Assembly (NCBI GenBank): GCA_030059665.1
Contig: JANVYR010000002.1
Coordinates: forward strand, 321,441-385,440
Reading direction: 5' to 3'
Length of the DNA stretch: 64,000 bases
Source of the DNA: Candidatus Calditenuis fumarioli
GTDB taxonomy: Archaea > Thermoproteota > Nitrososphaeria_A > Caldarchaeales > Calditenuaceae
This document shows positions 56,547 to 64,000 of the stretch, in pieces (within the stretch, counting starts at the first letter, position 1; each line of letters begins with the position of its first letter). Position numbers and translations under genes: made by a program. Below the pieces are notes generated by a model that was not told where the DNA came from, did not search any database, and worked only from the letters and a program-made list of their open reading frames with translations.

Positions 56547-56653
56547 CGCGATCGGTAATGGTGCGATGCCCGTTATAAAAGTTCCATGAGAAACTTGATG
56601 ACAGCCGTTACTACAACAAACCCTAAAATCACTTAGGCTGCTTTGAGCACTCC

Positions 56654-57373
56654 GTGGGCGTCGGGAGGAGGCTGGAGGCAAGCGAGCTGGCTGCGAGGAT
56701 AGACCACACCAACCTGAACCCGGACGCGACGGTGAGGGACATCGAGCGGCTCTGCGCCGAGGCGAGGGATCACGGCTTCAGGGCGGTCGTGGTGAACCCG
56801 ATCTGGGTGCCTCACGCGGTCAAATTCCTGAAGGGGACGGAGATCAGGGTCTGTGCAACAATCAACGTCCCGATGGGAGGGTCCACGACGCTGGCCAAGG
56901 TCGTGGAGATCAGGAACCTGAAGGCGATGGGGTGCGACGAGGTCGACTTCATGGTGAACGTCGGCTACCTGAAGTCGGGGATGCTCGAGGAGTTCAGGCG
57001 GGACGTCGAGGAGCAGGTGCGAGCGGCCGAAGGGATGGTGACCAAGGCCATCCTCGAGACCGCGGTGTTGACCGAGCAGGAGGTGGTACTGGGGGCCAGG
57101 CTCTGCGAGGAGGCCGGTGTTGACTACGTCAAGAACTCCACCGGATGGGGGAAGGGCGGGCCTGCAACGGTCGAGATCATCAGGCTCCTCCGCAGCTCCG
57201 TCAGCCCGAAGGTCCGGGTCAAGGCGTCAGGAGGGATAAGGGACGCGGCCACCGCGCTGGCGCTGATCGAGGCCGGCGCCGACCTGATAGGCACGAGCAG
57301 GGGCGTTGAAATCGTCAAGGGACTCGCTTCGATGACCGCAGAGCGGAACGCCTCAAGCGCTCGCCCCAAATGA
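56654..57373 (+). CDS. deoC: Deoxyribose-phosphate aldolase
   Basis: IDHTNLNPDAT and Schiff-base Lys region VKASGGIR. Confidence 0.85.
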   Translation: MGVGRRLEASELAARIDHTNLNPDATVRDIERLCAEARDHGFRAVVVNPIWVPHAVKFLKGTEIRVCATINVPMGGSTTLAKVVEIRNLKAMGCDEVDFMVNVGYLKSGMLEEFRRDVEEQVRAAEGMVTKAILETAVLTEQEVVLGARLCEEAGVDYVKNSTGWGKGGPATVEIIRLLRSSVSPKVRVKASGGIRDAATALALIEAGADLIGTSRGVEIVKGLASMTAERNASSARPK

Positions 57374-57455
57374 CCAGGGCCCGCAGACCGTCCACCTGAC
57401 CGCTGGTCCTCGCGTCCTTTCCCTCGAGGAAAAGCCCATAAGCGCCGGCGGCTCT

Positions 57456-59045
57456 GTGAGCGCGATGCCGTCCCCGGGACAGAAGGTGACCTACGTCACC
57501 CTCTTCGCCGACCCGAGCATCCACCCGAAGTACGAGGAGGCCCTCCAGCGCGTCAGGGATGAGTACCTCGGCAGGAGCTACCCGATGCACATAGGGGAGA
57601 GGGAGGTCAGGACCGGCGAGGAGTTCGAGGACAGGAGCCCCATAGACACGTCGGTCCTGGTGGCGAGGTTCCAGAAGGCGAGGCGCGAGCACGTCCGGCA
57701 GGCCATCGAGGAGGCGAACAGGGCCTTCGAGGAGTGGTCGGGAATGGACTGGAGGGAGAGGGTGAAGGTGATGGAGCGCGCGGCCCAGCTGATCGACGAG
57801 AGGAAGTTCGAGATCGCCGCTGTGATAACGTACGAGGTGGGGAAGAACAGGCTGGAGGCCCTCGCCGAGTGCTGGGAGGCGATCGACGCCATCAGGTACT
57901 ACTGCAGGGTCATGCAGGAGAACAACGGGTACGAGAAGGAGATGGGCCCGGGAGGGCCCGGGGAGAGGTGCAAGATGGTGGCGAAGCCCTACGGCGCCTG
58001 GGTCGTGATATCGCCCTTCAACTTCCCCTTCATGCTCGCGAACGGCATGATCCAGGGAGCCCTAATCACTGGCAACACGGTCGTCTTCAAGCCCACCAGC
58101 GAGGCCCCCCTTGCGGGCTACATGCTGTACAGGGTCTTCAGGGACGCCGGCGTGCCTCCGGGAGCGATCAACTTCCTCACCGGACCCGGAGACCTCTTCG
58201 AGGAGGAGGTCACCACCAACCCCGGGGTCGCGGGCATCGCCTTCACCGGATCGAGGGACGTGGGCATGAGGCTCTACCGGAGGTTCCTCACATCCCAGCC
58301 ATACCCGAAGCCCGTCGTGCTCGAGATGGGGAGCAAGAACCCGACGATCGTGACGGAGAAGGCCGACATCGGCAAGGCGGTCACCGGCGTGATCAGGGCG
58401 GCGTTCGGCTACGGAGGGCAGAAGTGCTCCGCCACGTCGAGGCTCTACGTTCAGGAGACGATCTACGAGAGCTTCGTCGACCAGCTCGTCCGCGAGACGT
58501 CCAAGCTGAAGATCGGCGACCCGAGGGAGCGCGACGTCTTCATGGGTCCCGTGATAAACCGGAGGGCCTTCGAGAACTTCAAAAGGTACGTGGCCGAGGC
58601 CAAGGAGGCCGGAGGCCAGGTCCTTTACGGCGGCGAGGTCCTCTCCGGAGAACCGTTCGACAGGGGCTTCTACGTCCAGCCCACGATAATCGCCGACCTG
58701 CCCCACGACCACAGGCTCTGGAAGGAGGAGCTCTTCCTACCGATACTGCTCGTCGCCAAGTTCAGGACGCTCGAGGAGGCCCTCAGGATGGCCAACGACA
58801 CGGACTACGGGCTGACCGCGGGGATCTTCTCGGAGGACCCGAAGGAGGTCGAGTACTTCTTCAGGAAGATCCAGTTCGGCGTCTGCTACGCCAACAGGAG
58901 GGGAGGCGCGACGACAGGTGCGTGGCCCGGGGCCCAGACCTTCGTGGGCTGGAAGGCGAGCGGCGCGACCGGAAAGGGCGTGGGAGGCCCGCACTACCTC
59001 CTGACGTTCCTGAGGGAGCAGGCCCAGACCGTCGTGGTCGAGTGA
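57456..59045 (+). CDS. Aldehyde dehydrogenase family, 1-pyrroline-5-carboxylate dehydrogenase-like
   Basis: EMGSKNP, FGYGGQKCSA; 529 aa, RocA-type length. Confidence 0.8.
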   Translation: MSAMPSPGQKVTYVTLFADPSIHPKYEEALQRVRDEYLGRSYPMHIGEREVRTGEEFEDRSPIDTSVLVARFQKARREHVRQAIEEANRAFEEWSGMDWRERVKVMERAAQLIDERKFEIAAVITYEVGKNRLEALAECWEAIDAIRYYCRVMQENNGYEKEMGPGGPGERCKMVAKPYGAWVVISPFNFPFMLANGMIQGALITGNTVVFKPTSEAPLAGYMLYRVFRDAGVPPGAINFLTGPGDLFEEEVTTNPGVAGIAFTGSRDVGMRLYRRFLTSQPYPKPVVLEMGSKNPTIVTEKADIGKAVTGVIRAAFGYGGQKCSATSRLYVQETIYESFVDQLVRETSKLKIGDPRERDVFMGPVINRRAFENFKRYVAEAKEAGGQVLYGGEVLSGEPFDRGFYVQPTIIADLPHDHRLWKEELFLPILLVAKFRTLEEALRMANDTDYGLTAGIFSEDPKEVEYFFRKIQFGVCYANRRGGATTGAWPGAQTFVGWKASGATGKGVGGPHYLLTFLREQAQTVVVE

Positions 59046-59102
59046 GCGGAGCCTTCTACGCGACCCCGCGACGTCTCGTTCTAATTCTTCGTCACGCGAC
59101 GG

Positions 59103-59720
59103 ATGAGCGGGATGGGGAAGCGCGAGACCGAGCGGATGCTGTTGATGAAGCTGGCCGAACCGGTGGTGGGGTTCGCGGTGAGGAAAGGGCTGTCGCCCTT
59201 CGCTCTCACCTACTCGGCGTTCGCGCTGGCTCTGGTCGCGGCCGCCCTCTACGGCCTCAACGGTTTCTCCGCTTTCCTCGTTCCGCTCGCGGGAACGGTC
59301 TACTTGGTCTCGGCGTTCCTCGACGCGATCGACGGCGAGGTCGCGAGGAGGCAGGGGAGGGCGAGCGAAAGGGGGGCATTCCTCGACTCGGTCCTGGACA
59401 AGGCGTCCGAGGTAGCCGTCTCGGTGGGGCTGGCGTTCGCGGTGGAGCCGCTCGCGGCGATCCTCTTCGCCTCCGGTTCGCTGCTGGTCAGCTACGCTAG
59501 GGCCAGGGCCGAGGCGCTCGGGGTCGAGCTGGCGGGCGTCGGCATAGCCGAGAGGGCCGAGCGGACCATCATCCTCTTCGTCGGCTCCCTGATGCGTCCC
59601 GTGCTCGGTGCTGAGGCCCTGCTGGCTGCGCTTTTGCTGGCGGCCCTCCTCTCGTTCCTCACGGTAGCCCAGAGGGTTCTCGTGACGGTCAGACGCCTCA
59701 GCGCCTCCTCCCCTCCCTGA
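59103..59720 (+). CDS. CDP-alcohol phosphatidyltransferase family protein
   Basis: Motif DAIDGEVARRQGRASERGAFLDSVLDKASE has the D-x2-DG-x2-AR...G-x3-D-x3-D pattern. Confidence 0.75.
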   Translation: MSGMGKRETERMLLMKLAEPVVGFAVRKGLSPFALTYSAFALALVAAALYGLNGFSAFLVPLAGTVYLVSAFLDAIDGEVARRQGRASERGAFLDSVLDKASEVAVSVGLAFAVEPLAAILFASGSLLVSYARARAEALGVELAGVGIAERAERTIILFVGSLMRPVLGAEALLAALLLAALLSFLTVAQRVLVTVRRLSASSPP

Positions 59721-60849
59721 CCTCCTCGAGGGCAGACCTGAGTGCCCGGAGGAACCTCTCGTTCTCCCTCCTCGAGCAGACGGTCACCCTGATGCAGTCG
59801 CCGAGCCTCGGGTTGCCGGGGAAGGTCCTGACCACGATGCCCCTCCTGAGGAGCGCGTCCTTCACCGCAGAGGCCTCTGACTCGCTCCTGAGCCTGACCA
59901 GCAAAAAGTTGGCGCTCGAAGGGAAGACGGTCAGGCCGTCGATGCGCGTGAGCTCGAGGGCCATCCTCTCCCGCTCCCTGACAATCTCTTTCACCACCCT
60001 CTCCACGTACCCCCGGTTCCTGAGGGCGATCACCGCGCCGGCGACGTTGACGGTCCCGAGGCTGTTGGGAGGTCTGGCCTTGTTCAGCTCCCTCACCACC
60101 TCCTCCGTGCAGAGGACGTAGCCGATCCTCAGGCCCGCGAGGCCGAAGGCCTTGGAGAGCGTCCTGACCACGCAGACGTTCGGGTAGTCCCTGAGAAGGC
60201 GGAGCGAGGTCCTGCCGGAGAACTCGAAGTAGGCCTCGTCGATCACGACCAGTGCCTCCGTCTCCTCGCAGAGCCTCCTGAGCGCTCCCTCGTCGGTGAG
60301 GTTGCCCGTGGGGTTGTTGGGGTCGCAGATCCAGAAGACGGCCGTGCTCTTGTCGTACCTCTCCAGCAAATCGTCCGCGCTGAAACCGAAGTCCTGACCC
60401 CTCTCGACCGGGACGAACCTCGCGCCCTGGAGCTCCGTCGAGACCCTGAAGTACGAATAGGTCGGAACCGGTGCGACGGCGCTGAGCCCGCTCCTCAGGA
60501 AGGCGCTGGAGATTACGTCGATCCCCTCGTCGGCTCCGTTCGTGGGCACTATGAGGTCTTGGTCCCAGTCGGCGTAGTCGGAGAGCAGCTCCCTCAGCTC
60601 CCTGTAGCTCGTGTCGGGGTAGTGGTTGACCCTCAGCCTCGGAAGACGCCCCGCCAGCCGCTTCAGGACCTCGACCGGCGCGTAGGGGGAGACGTTGGTG
60701 TCCATCCTGACGACCCTGCCGGGACTGATCCCGACGCTCCGTGCGATCTCCTCCGTCGAAGGCTCCCAGGAGTAGGGCTCGAAAGAGGTGAGGTCCTCCC
60801 GCTTCCTCAGGGATTTGCCGCCAGAACCGTTCCGCTCGAACCCCTCCAT
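59698..60849 (-). CDS. hisC: Histidinol-phosphate aminotransferase
   Basis: PLP Lys motif TLSKAFGLAGLRIGY. ATG at 60849. The upstream 300-codon ORF extension is discarded. Confidence 0.9.
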   Translation of the reverse strand: MEGFERNGSGGKSLRKREDLTSFEPYSWEPSTEEIARSVGISPGRVVRMDTNVSPYAPVEVLKRLAGRLPRLRVNHYPDTSYRELRELLSDYADWDQDLIVPTNGADEGIDVISSAFLRSGLSAVAPVPTYSYFRVSTELQGARFVPVERGQDFGFSADDLLERYDKSTAVFWICDPNNPTGNLTDEGALRRLCEETEALVVIDEAYFEFSGRTSLRLLRDYPNVCVVRTLSKAFGLAGLRIGYVLCTEEVVRELNKARPPNSLGTVNVAGAVIALRNRGYVERVVKEIVRERERMALELTRIDGLTVFPSSANFLLVRLRSESEASAVKDALLRRGIVVRTFPGNPRLGDCIRVTVCSRRENERFLRALRSALEEVREGRRR

Positions 60850-61011
60850 CCCGCCCACCAGCGGAACCACCAGCCTCCACACCAGGCTCGTAAAAACGCT
60901 CGCGGGCTGAAGGACGACCGCCGTGACCCGGTTGATGAAGCCGCATCGCCTCACGACGTCGGAGACCCCGAAACCGACGCAGCGGGGAAGGATGATAACG
61001 GCCCTTGGGGC

Positions 61012-61788
61012 ATGGGATGCGGGTTGAAGCTCGCAGCGGTCCTCGAGGAGCTGGGGCTCGGGAGGCTCGCGGAGACGGCGCATCTGGTCTCGGGCAGCGA
61101 CCGGAACGGGGCCGCTCAGGAGCTCCACGTGAGTGGGCCGCTCGCGCAGCACCTCAGGGCGCTTCTCGGAAGGGCGGGATCGGTCGAGCTGATCGGTGCG
61201 ATTCTGGCGGACTCGCTCGGGCTGAGGGAGGTCTGCGAGAACGACCTGCGGAACGCCGGCGCGCTGCTCTCCGCATCGGATCCTGAGCTGGAGCCTCTGA
61301 GGGAGGCGGTGGGGGAAGTCCTGAGCGCATCGGAGGAGGCCAGGGCAGTGCTCCTGATCTCGTCGGAGCTCGGCTCGCTTCTCGCCCTCTCCGTTCTCGA
61401 GGAGGCAGGGATGGGTGGCGAACAGCTGAGGGCCCTGAGAGGATCGGAGGAGGAGGCGCTCGGGTACTCGATAGACCGCGCATCGGCTCTGCTCTCGGGT
61501 CGTCCGGGAGCGATGGAGGCGTTGGCGGGTGAGCTGGAGCGGAAAAGCGACCTGCTGAGGTACCTCTCCCTGAGCGACGACCGGATGAGGCCGGAGCTGG
61601 AGGCCCTTCTCGGAGGCGGGACGTCTGAGGGCGAGCTCTCGCTCGGGGCCACGAGGTTGACCATGCTCCACGAGGAGTTCCACGTCAGGCGCGTCAACGC
61701 TTTCAGGAGGGCCGGCATGGGCCTCGCGCTGGCCCAGAGGATCGCGGAGCTTCACGGCGGTTCCGTCAGGGCCGGATGGGGATGCTGA
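61012..61788 (+). CDS. Hypothetical alpha-helical protein ending in a histidine-kinase-like G2-box (GMGLALAQRIAELHGG) but lacking N/G1 boxes
   Basis: ATG at 61012. The C-terminus resembles an HATPase_c G2 motif. The rest is helical Leu/Ala/Glu-rich. Confidence 0.4.
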   Translation: MGCGLKLAAVLEELGLGRLAETAHLVSGSDRNGAAQELHVSGPLAQHLRALLGRAGSVELIGAILADSLGLREVCENDLRNAGALLSASDPELEPLREAVGEVLSASEEARAVLLISSELGSLLALSVLEEAGMGGEQLRALRGSEEEALGYSIDRASALLSGRPGAMEALAGELERKSDLLRYLSLSDDRMRPELEALLGGGTSEGELSLGATRLTMLHEEFHVRRVNAFRRAGMGLALAQRIAELHGGSVRAGWGC

Positions 61789-61825
61789 AGGACGGAGAAG
61801 GTTCTTAGTCGGGAGGTGCTGGGCG

Positions 61826-62587
61826 TTGGCGATGGCCTCTCAGCGTCCGGACCCGAGAACCGTTGCGGACCAAATGATCGTGACGATAGCGGAGCACCTG
61901 AGGGAAGGTGAGGCCGTCGCCACCGGACTCAACTCGCACGTGCCGATCCTCGCTGTGGCGGTCGCCAAGGTCATCCACGGTAGGAGGATCAGGCTTCTGA
62001 CGGTGGCGGAGGCCCACGACCCAGAGCTGGAGAGGATCGAGCTGACCTACTCGACCGGTGACCCCTCATGGGCCGGTTTGGGAACGGTCCTTCCCATGAT
62101 AGAGGCCTTCGACCTAGTCCAGCAGGGGAAGGTCGACGTGATGTTCCTCGGGCCGCTCCAGATCGACTCGGAGACCAACTTCAACCTCTCCGTCATAGGG
62201 CCCTACGAGAGGCCCAAGGTGAGGCTGACGGGCGGTGCGGCCTCGGCCTTCATAGCGCCGCTGGTGAGAAGGCTCTTCCTCTGGAAGACGAAGCACACCA
62301 AGAGGGACTTGGTGGAGCGCGTGGACTTCGTCACCGCGACCGCGAGGAACTCGACGAACGAGGTCTACCTCTTCACCGACCTGTGCGTCTTCCGGTTCGA
62401 CCGCTCAGCAAGGGCCTGGACGCTCGAGGCTCTGCACCCCTGGGCCGACGTGGAGACGGTGAGGGAGAACACCGGCTTCAGGTTCCAGGTGAGTTCCCCG
62501 GTCAGGACGAGGCCTCCCTCTGAGGAGGAGAGGGCGCTGATCGACCGGATGGATCCCCAGGGCCTCAGGCTCAGGGCATTCTACTGA
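61826..62587 (+). CDS. Family I CoA-transferase beta subunit (glutaconate CoA-transferase GctB-like), no alpha subunit adjacent
   Basis: Collinear with GctB: QMIVTIAEHLREGEAVATG, VDVMFLGPLQIDSETNFN and VRENTGF. Confidence 0.7.
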   Translation: MAMASQRPDPRTVADQMIVTIAEHLREGEAVATGLNSHVPILAVAVAKVIHGRRIRLLTVAEAHDPELERIELTYSTGDPSWAGLGTVLPMIEAFDLVQQGKVDVMFLGPLQIDSETNFNLSVIGPYERPKVRLTGGAASAFIAPLVRRLFLWKTKHTKRDLVERVDFVTATARNSTNEVYLFTDLCVFRFDRSARAWTLEALHPWADVETVRENTGFRFQVSSPVRTRPPSEEERALIDRMDPQGLRLRAFY

Positions 62588-62680
62588 CGTTCGATCAAGA
62601 GAAATTGCGCTGCAACAGGGAAGCAAGTGAAACACGCGCTGCGGAGGTCCTCGAAAGACCTCGCGAACGATGACCGCTCC

Positions 62681-62845
62681 TCAGCTGTAGACCTTGAAGC
62701 CCATCAGAGGTGCGACCTCGTTGATGCACCTGCGGCAGATGTAGAGCCTGTACTTCCGGATCACGCCGACGGTGGTCCCGCACCTCCTGCACTTGGCGAC
62801 GCCCTTCCCGAACTTCCTCACCTTCGGAGGCTTCTGCTTCGCCAT
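62681..62845 (-). CDS. Ribosomal protein uS14 (zinc-binding, type Z), solitary
   Basis: MAKQKPPKVRKFGKGVAKCRRCG...ICRRC has four Cys. 54 aa from the ATG at 62845. Confidence 0.8.
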   Translation of the reverse strand: MAKQKPPKVRKFGKGVAKCRRCGTTVGVIRKYRLYICRRCINEVAPLMGFKVYS

Positions 62846-63329
62846 TCCCGTGAGGCTCCGCGAGAACCAGAATAATAACTTCAGACCGCGAACCCCCAGA
62901 AGGTCCTGATGCGGAGGTCGGATCGGTCCCGTCATCGTTGGACCCGAGGACGAGCTCCTCGCCGGAGTCCTCGATGGGTGCCCGCAGGCGGACAGGGGCT
63001 ACTTCGTACGTTGCGGCTGCTGGACGGCTACCCTGAGCCGCTGAGCGAAGGACAGATAATTTGCGCGAGAATGGGCACTGAAGCTTCGCCATCGGAATAC
63101 CAAAAATCACCTCGGTAATACCATTTTTCAGCAACTGATAAGTGCTCTGAATTGAGTTGATATTGAGATTCAATTTTTCGCGCACCGAGCAGCATATATA
63201 AATCACCTATATGAATTTTGCTGAAGATGACCACCGTTATCTTAAAATAGAGGTCAAAAAATTCATTCGTGCGAGGGGGTGGCGCGGCGGGAAGCCGCGC
63301 AGAGCCCGAAAATCCCGGAATAGGGAACG

Positions 63330-63499
63330 GTGATCCTGAGAGAGGGAGTTGAAAGACGAACACCAGGAACATCGCGCCGAGGAGCATGAACCCCTGCTTC
63401 AGTGATCCCGAGAGAGGGAGTCGAAGGTCAAAACTCATTGTTCCCCACCTCCTCTACACCGAAAATCCGCCCTTGATCCGGTGAAAGGGATAGGGAAGG
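63330..63499 (+). CRISPR. CRISPR-like mini-array: 3 units at exact 72-nt period (26-nt repeat, 46-nt spacers), repeats degenerate left-to-right; AT-rich putative leader upstream
   Basis: R1 GTGATCCTGAGAGAGGGAGTTGAAAG (63330-55). R2 GTGATCCCGAGAGAGGGAGTCGAAGG (63402-27) is 23/26 identical. R3 at 63474 is about 17/26 identical. R1 ends in GTTGAAAG, typical of an archaeal crRNA handle. Confidence 0.35.
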
Positions 63500-63604
63500 A
63501 AACTCGGGAAGAGGTGGTGGTCCGGACTGAGGCAGGGGCGATCAGGGGGCGTCAAAACTTTAAGATCGTCTTCCGGTGGTCGACGGAGGTGCGGATGGGG
63601 AAGC

Positions 63605-64000
63605 TTGGTTGAGGTCGAGCTGCTCTACGACTACCCGAGGCTCGAGGAGCGGCTGATCATCGAGCGGCTGAGGGCTAGGGGGGCCGAGGTGACGCTGACG
63701 AACGTCAACGACGTACCGCTGGTGATGGGGGAGCGCGTCGCCGACGTTGCGGTCGTCAGGCCAATCTCGATGTTCAAGGCCATCTACGCCGCGGCCGCGA
63801 GGGAGTCGGCGGGCACGTGGGCCGTCAACAACGCCTCTGCCATCTCCGTCTGCGGCGACAAGGTCCTCTGCCTCTCGCGCATGGCCGCAAGCGGCATACG
63901 CATCCCGAGGACGGTGATCGCGGTCGACAGCAGGTCAGCGGAGCAGGCCTTCAAGGCGTCGCCGAAGCCGGTGGTGGACAAGCCGCCCATCGGGAGCTGG
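63605..64000 (+). CDS. RimK/LysX-family ATP-grasp ligase, 3'-partial at window edge (TTG start inferred)
   Basis: LVEVELLYDYPRLEERLIIERLRARGAEV is a LysX/RimK-like N-terminus. The ORF runs off the window so it is not in the supplied ORF track. Confidence 0.5.
   Translation, partial: MVEVELLYDYPRLEERLIIERLRARGAEVTLTNVNDVPLVMGERVADVAVVRPISMFKAIYAAAARESAGTWAVNNASAISVCGDKVLCLSRMAASGIRIPRTVIAVDSRSAEQAFKASPKPVVDKPPIGSW

Noticed and set aside
60559-61011. N-terminal 150 codons of ORF 60559..61788 and the 300-codon extension of the hisC ORF (60850..61755)
   Set aside because: They are mutually overlapping open frames in GC-rich DNA. hisC homology starts at 60849, and the plus-strand protein-like sequence starts at the ATG at 61012.

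Overview
This 64-kb window looks like a GC-rich (~65%) archaeal chromosome. The archaeal calls rest on several features: ribosomal P0/P1 stalk proteins, tRNAs with a bulge-helix-bulge intron, an A1:U72 initiator tRNA, an A-type ATPase c subunit, an SRP (7S) RNA, and a 23S rRNA gene that stands alone without 16S or 5S neighbours. Unlinked rRNA genes together with a bacterial-type dnaK suggest a Thermoplasmata-like euryarchaeon, but that is inference only. The window is densely coding, mostly housekeeping and catabolic genes.

I find five RNA genes: tRNA-Thr (with intron), tRNA-Phe, initiator tRNA-Met, tRNA-Val and an SRP RNA.

Housekeeping genes: alaS, thrS, hisS, hisC, a pyrF-pyrE fusion followed by pyrC, deoC and a GGPP synthase.

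A catabolic block holds FAH hydrolase, E1alpha, a cyclase, EtfA and prephenate dehydratase, followed by two crotonases and an SDR, with PaaK nearby. A livKGFHM branched-chain amino-acid ABC operon is also present.

Stress, copper and membrane genes include dnaK, a stomatin/NfeD pair, an SSB, and cupredoxin/Sco1 copper proteins.

The most unusual items are:
- The 23S rRNA gene is interrupted by an AT-rich intron of about 0.6 kb, flanked by a long bulged helix and encoding a LAGLIDADG homing endonuclease. Its site in a domain-III hairpin is outside the domain IV/V positions I recall for classical archaeal 23S introns.
- A three-unit, 72-nt-periodic, CRISPR-like mini-array has repeats ending in GTTGAAAG behind an AT-rich leader. 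No cas genes are visible.
- A protein with ten perfect x3-RLWE heptads is fused to a PD-(D/E)xK-like nuclease fold, beside the initiator tRNA.
- A HEPN-MNT toxin/antitoxin pair sits among a PurM-like gene fragment and a P-loop-less MobB fragment.
- A-type ATPase c and F subunit genes are scattered, and F is fused into the liv operon.
- One operon is made of lone 'half-complex' subunits (E1alpha, EtfA) linked by GTGA start/stop overlaps.

Coordinates for RNA features carry about +/-3 nt uncertainty.
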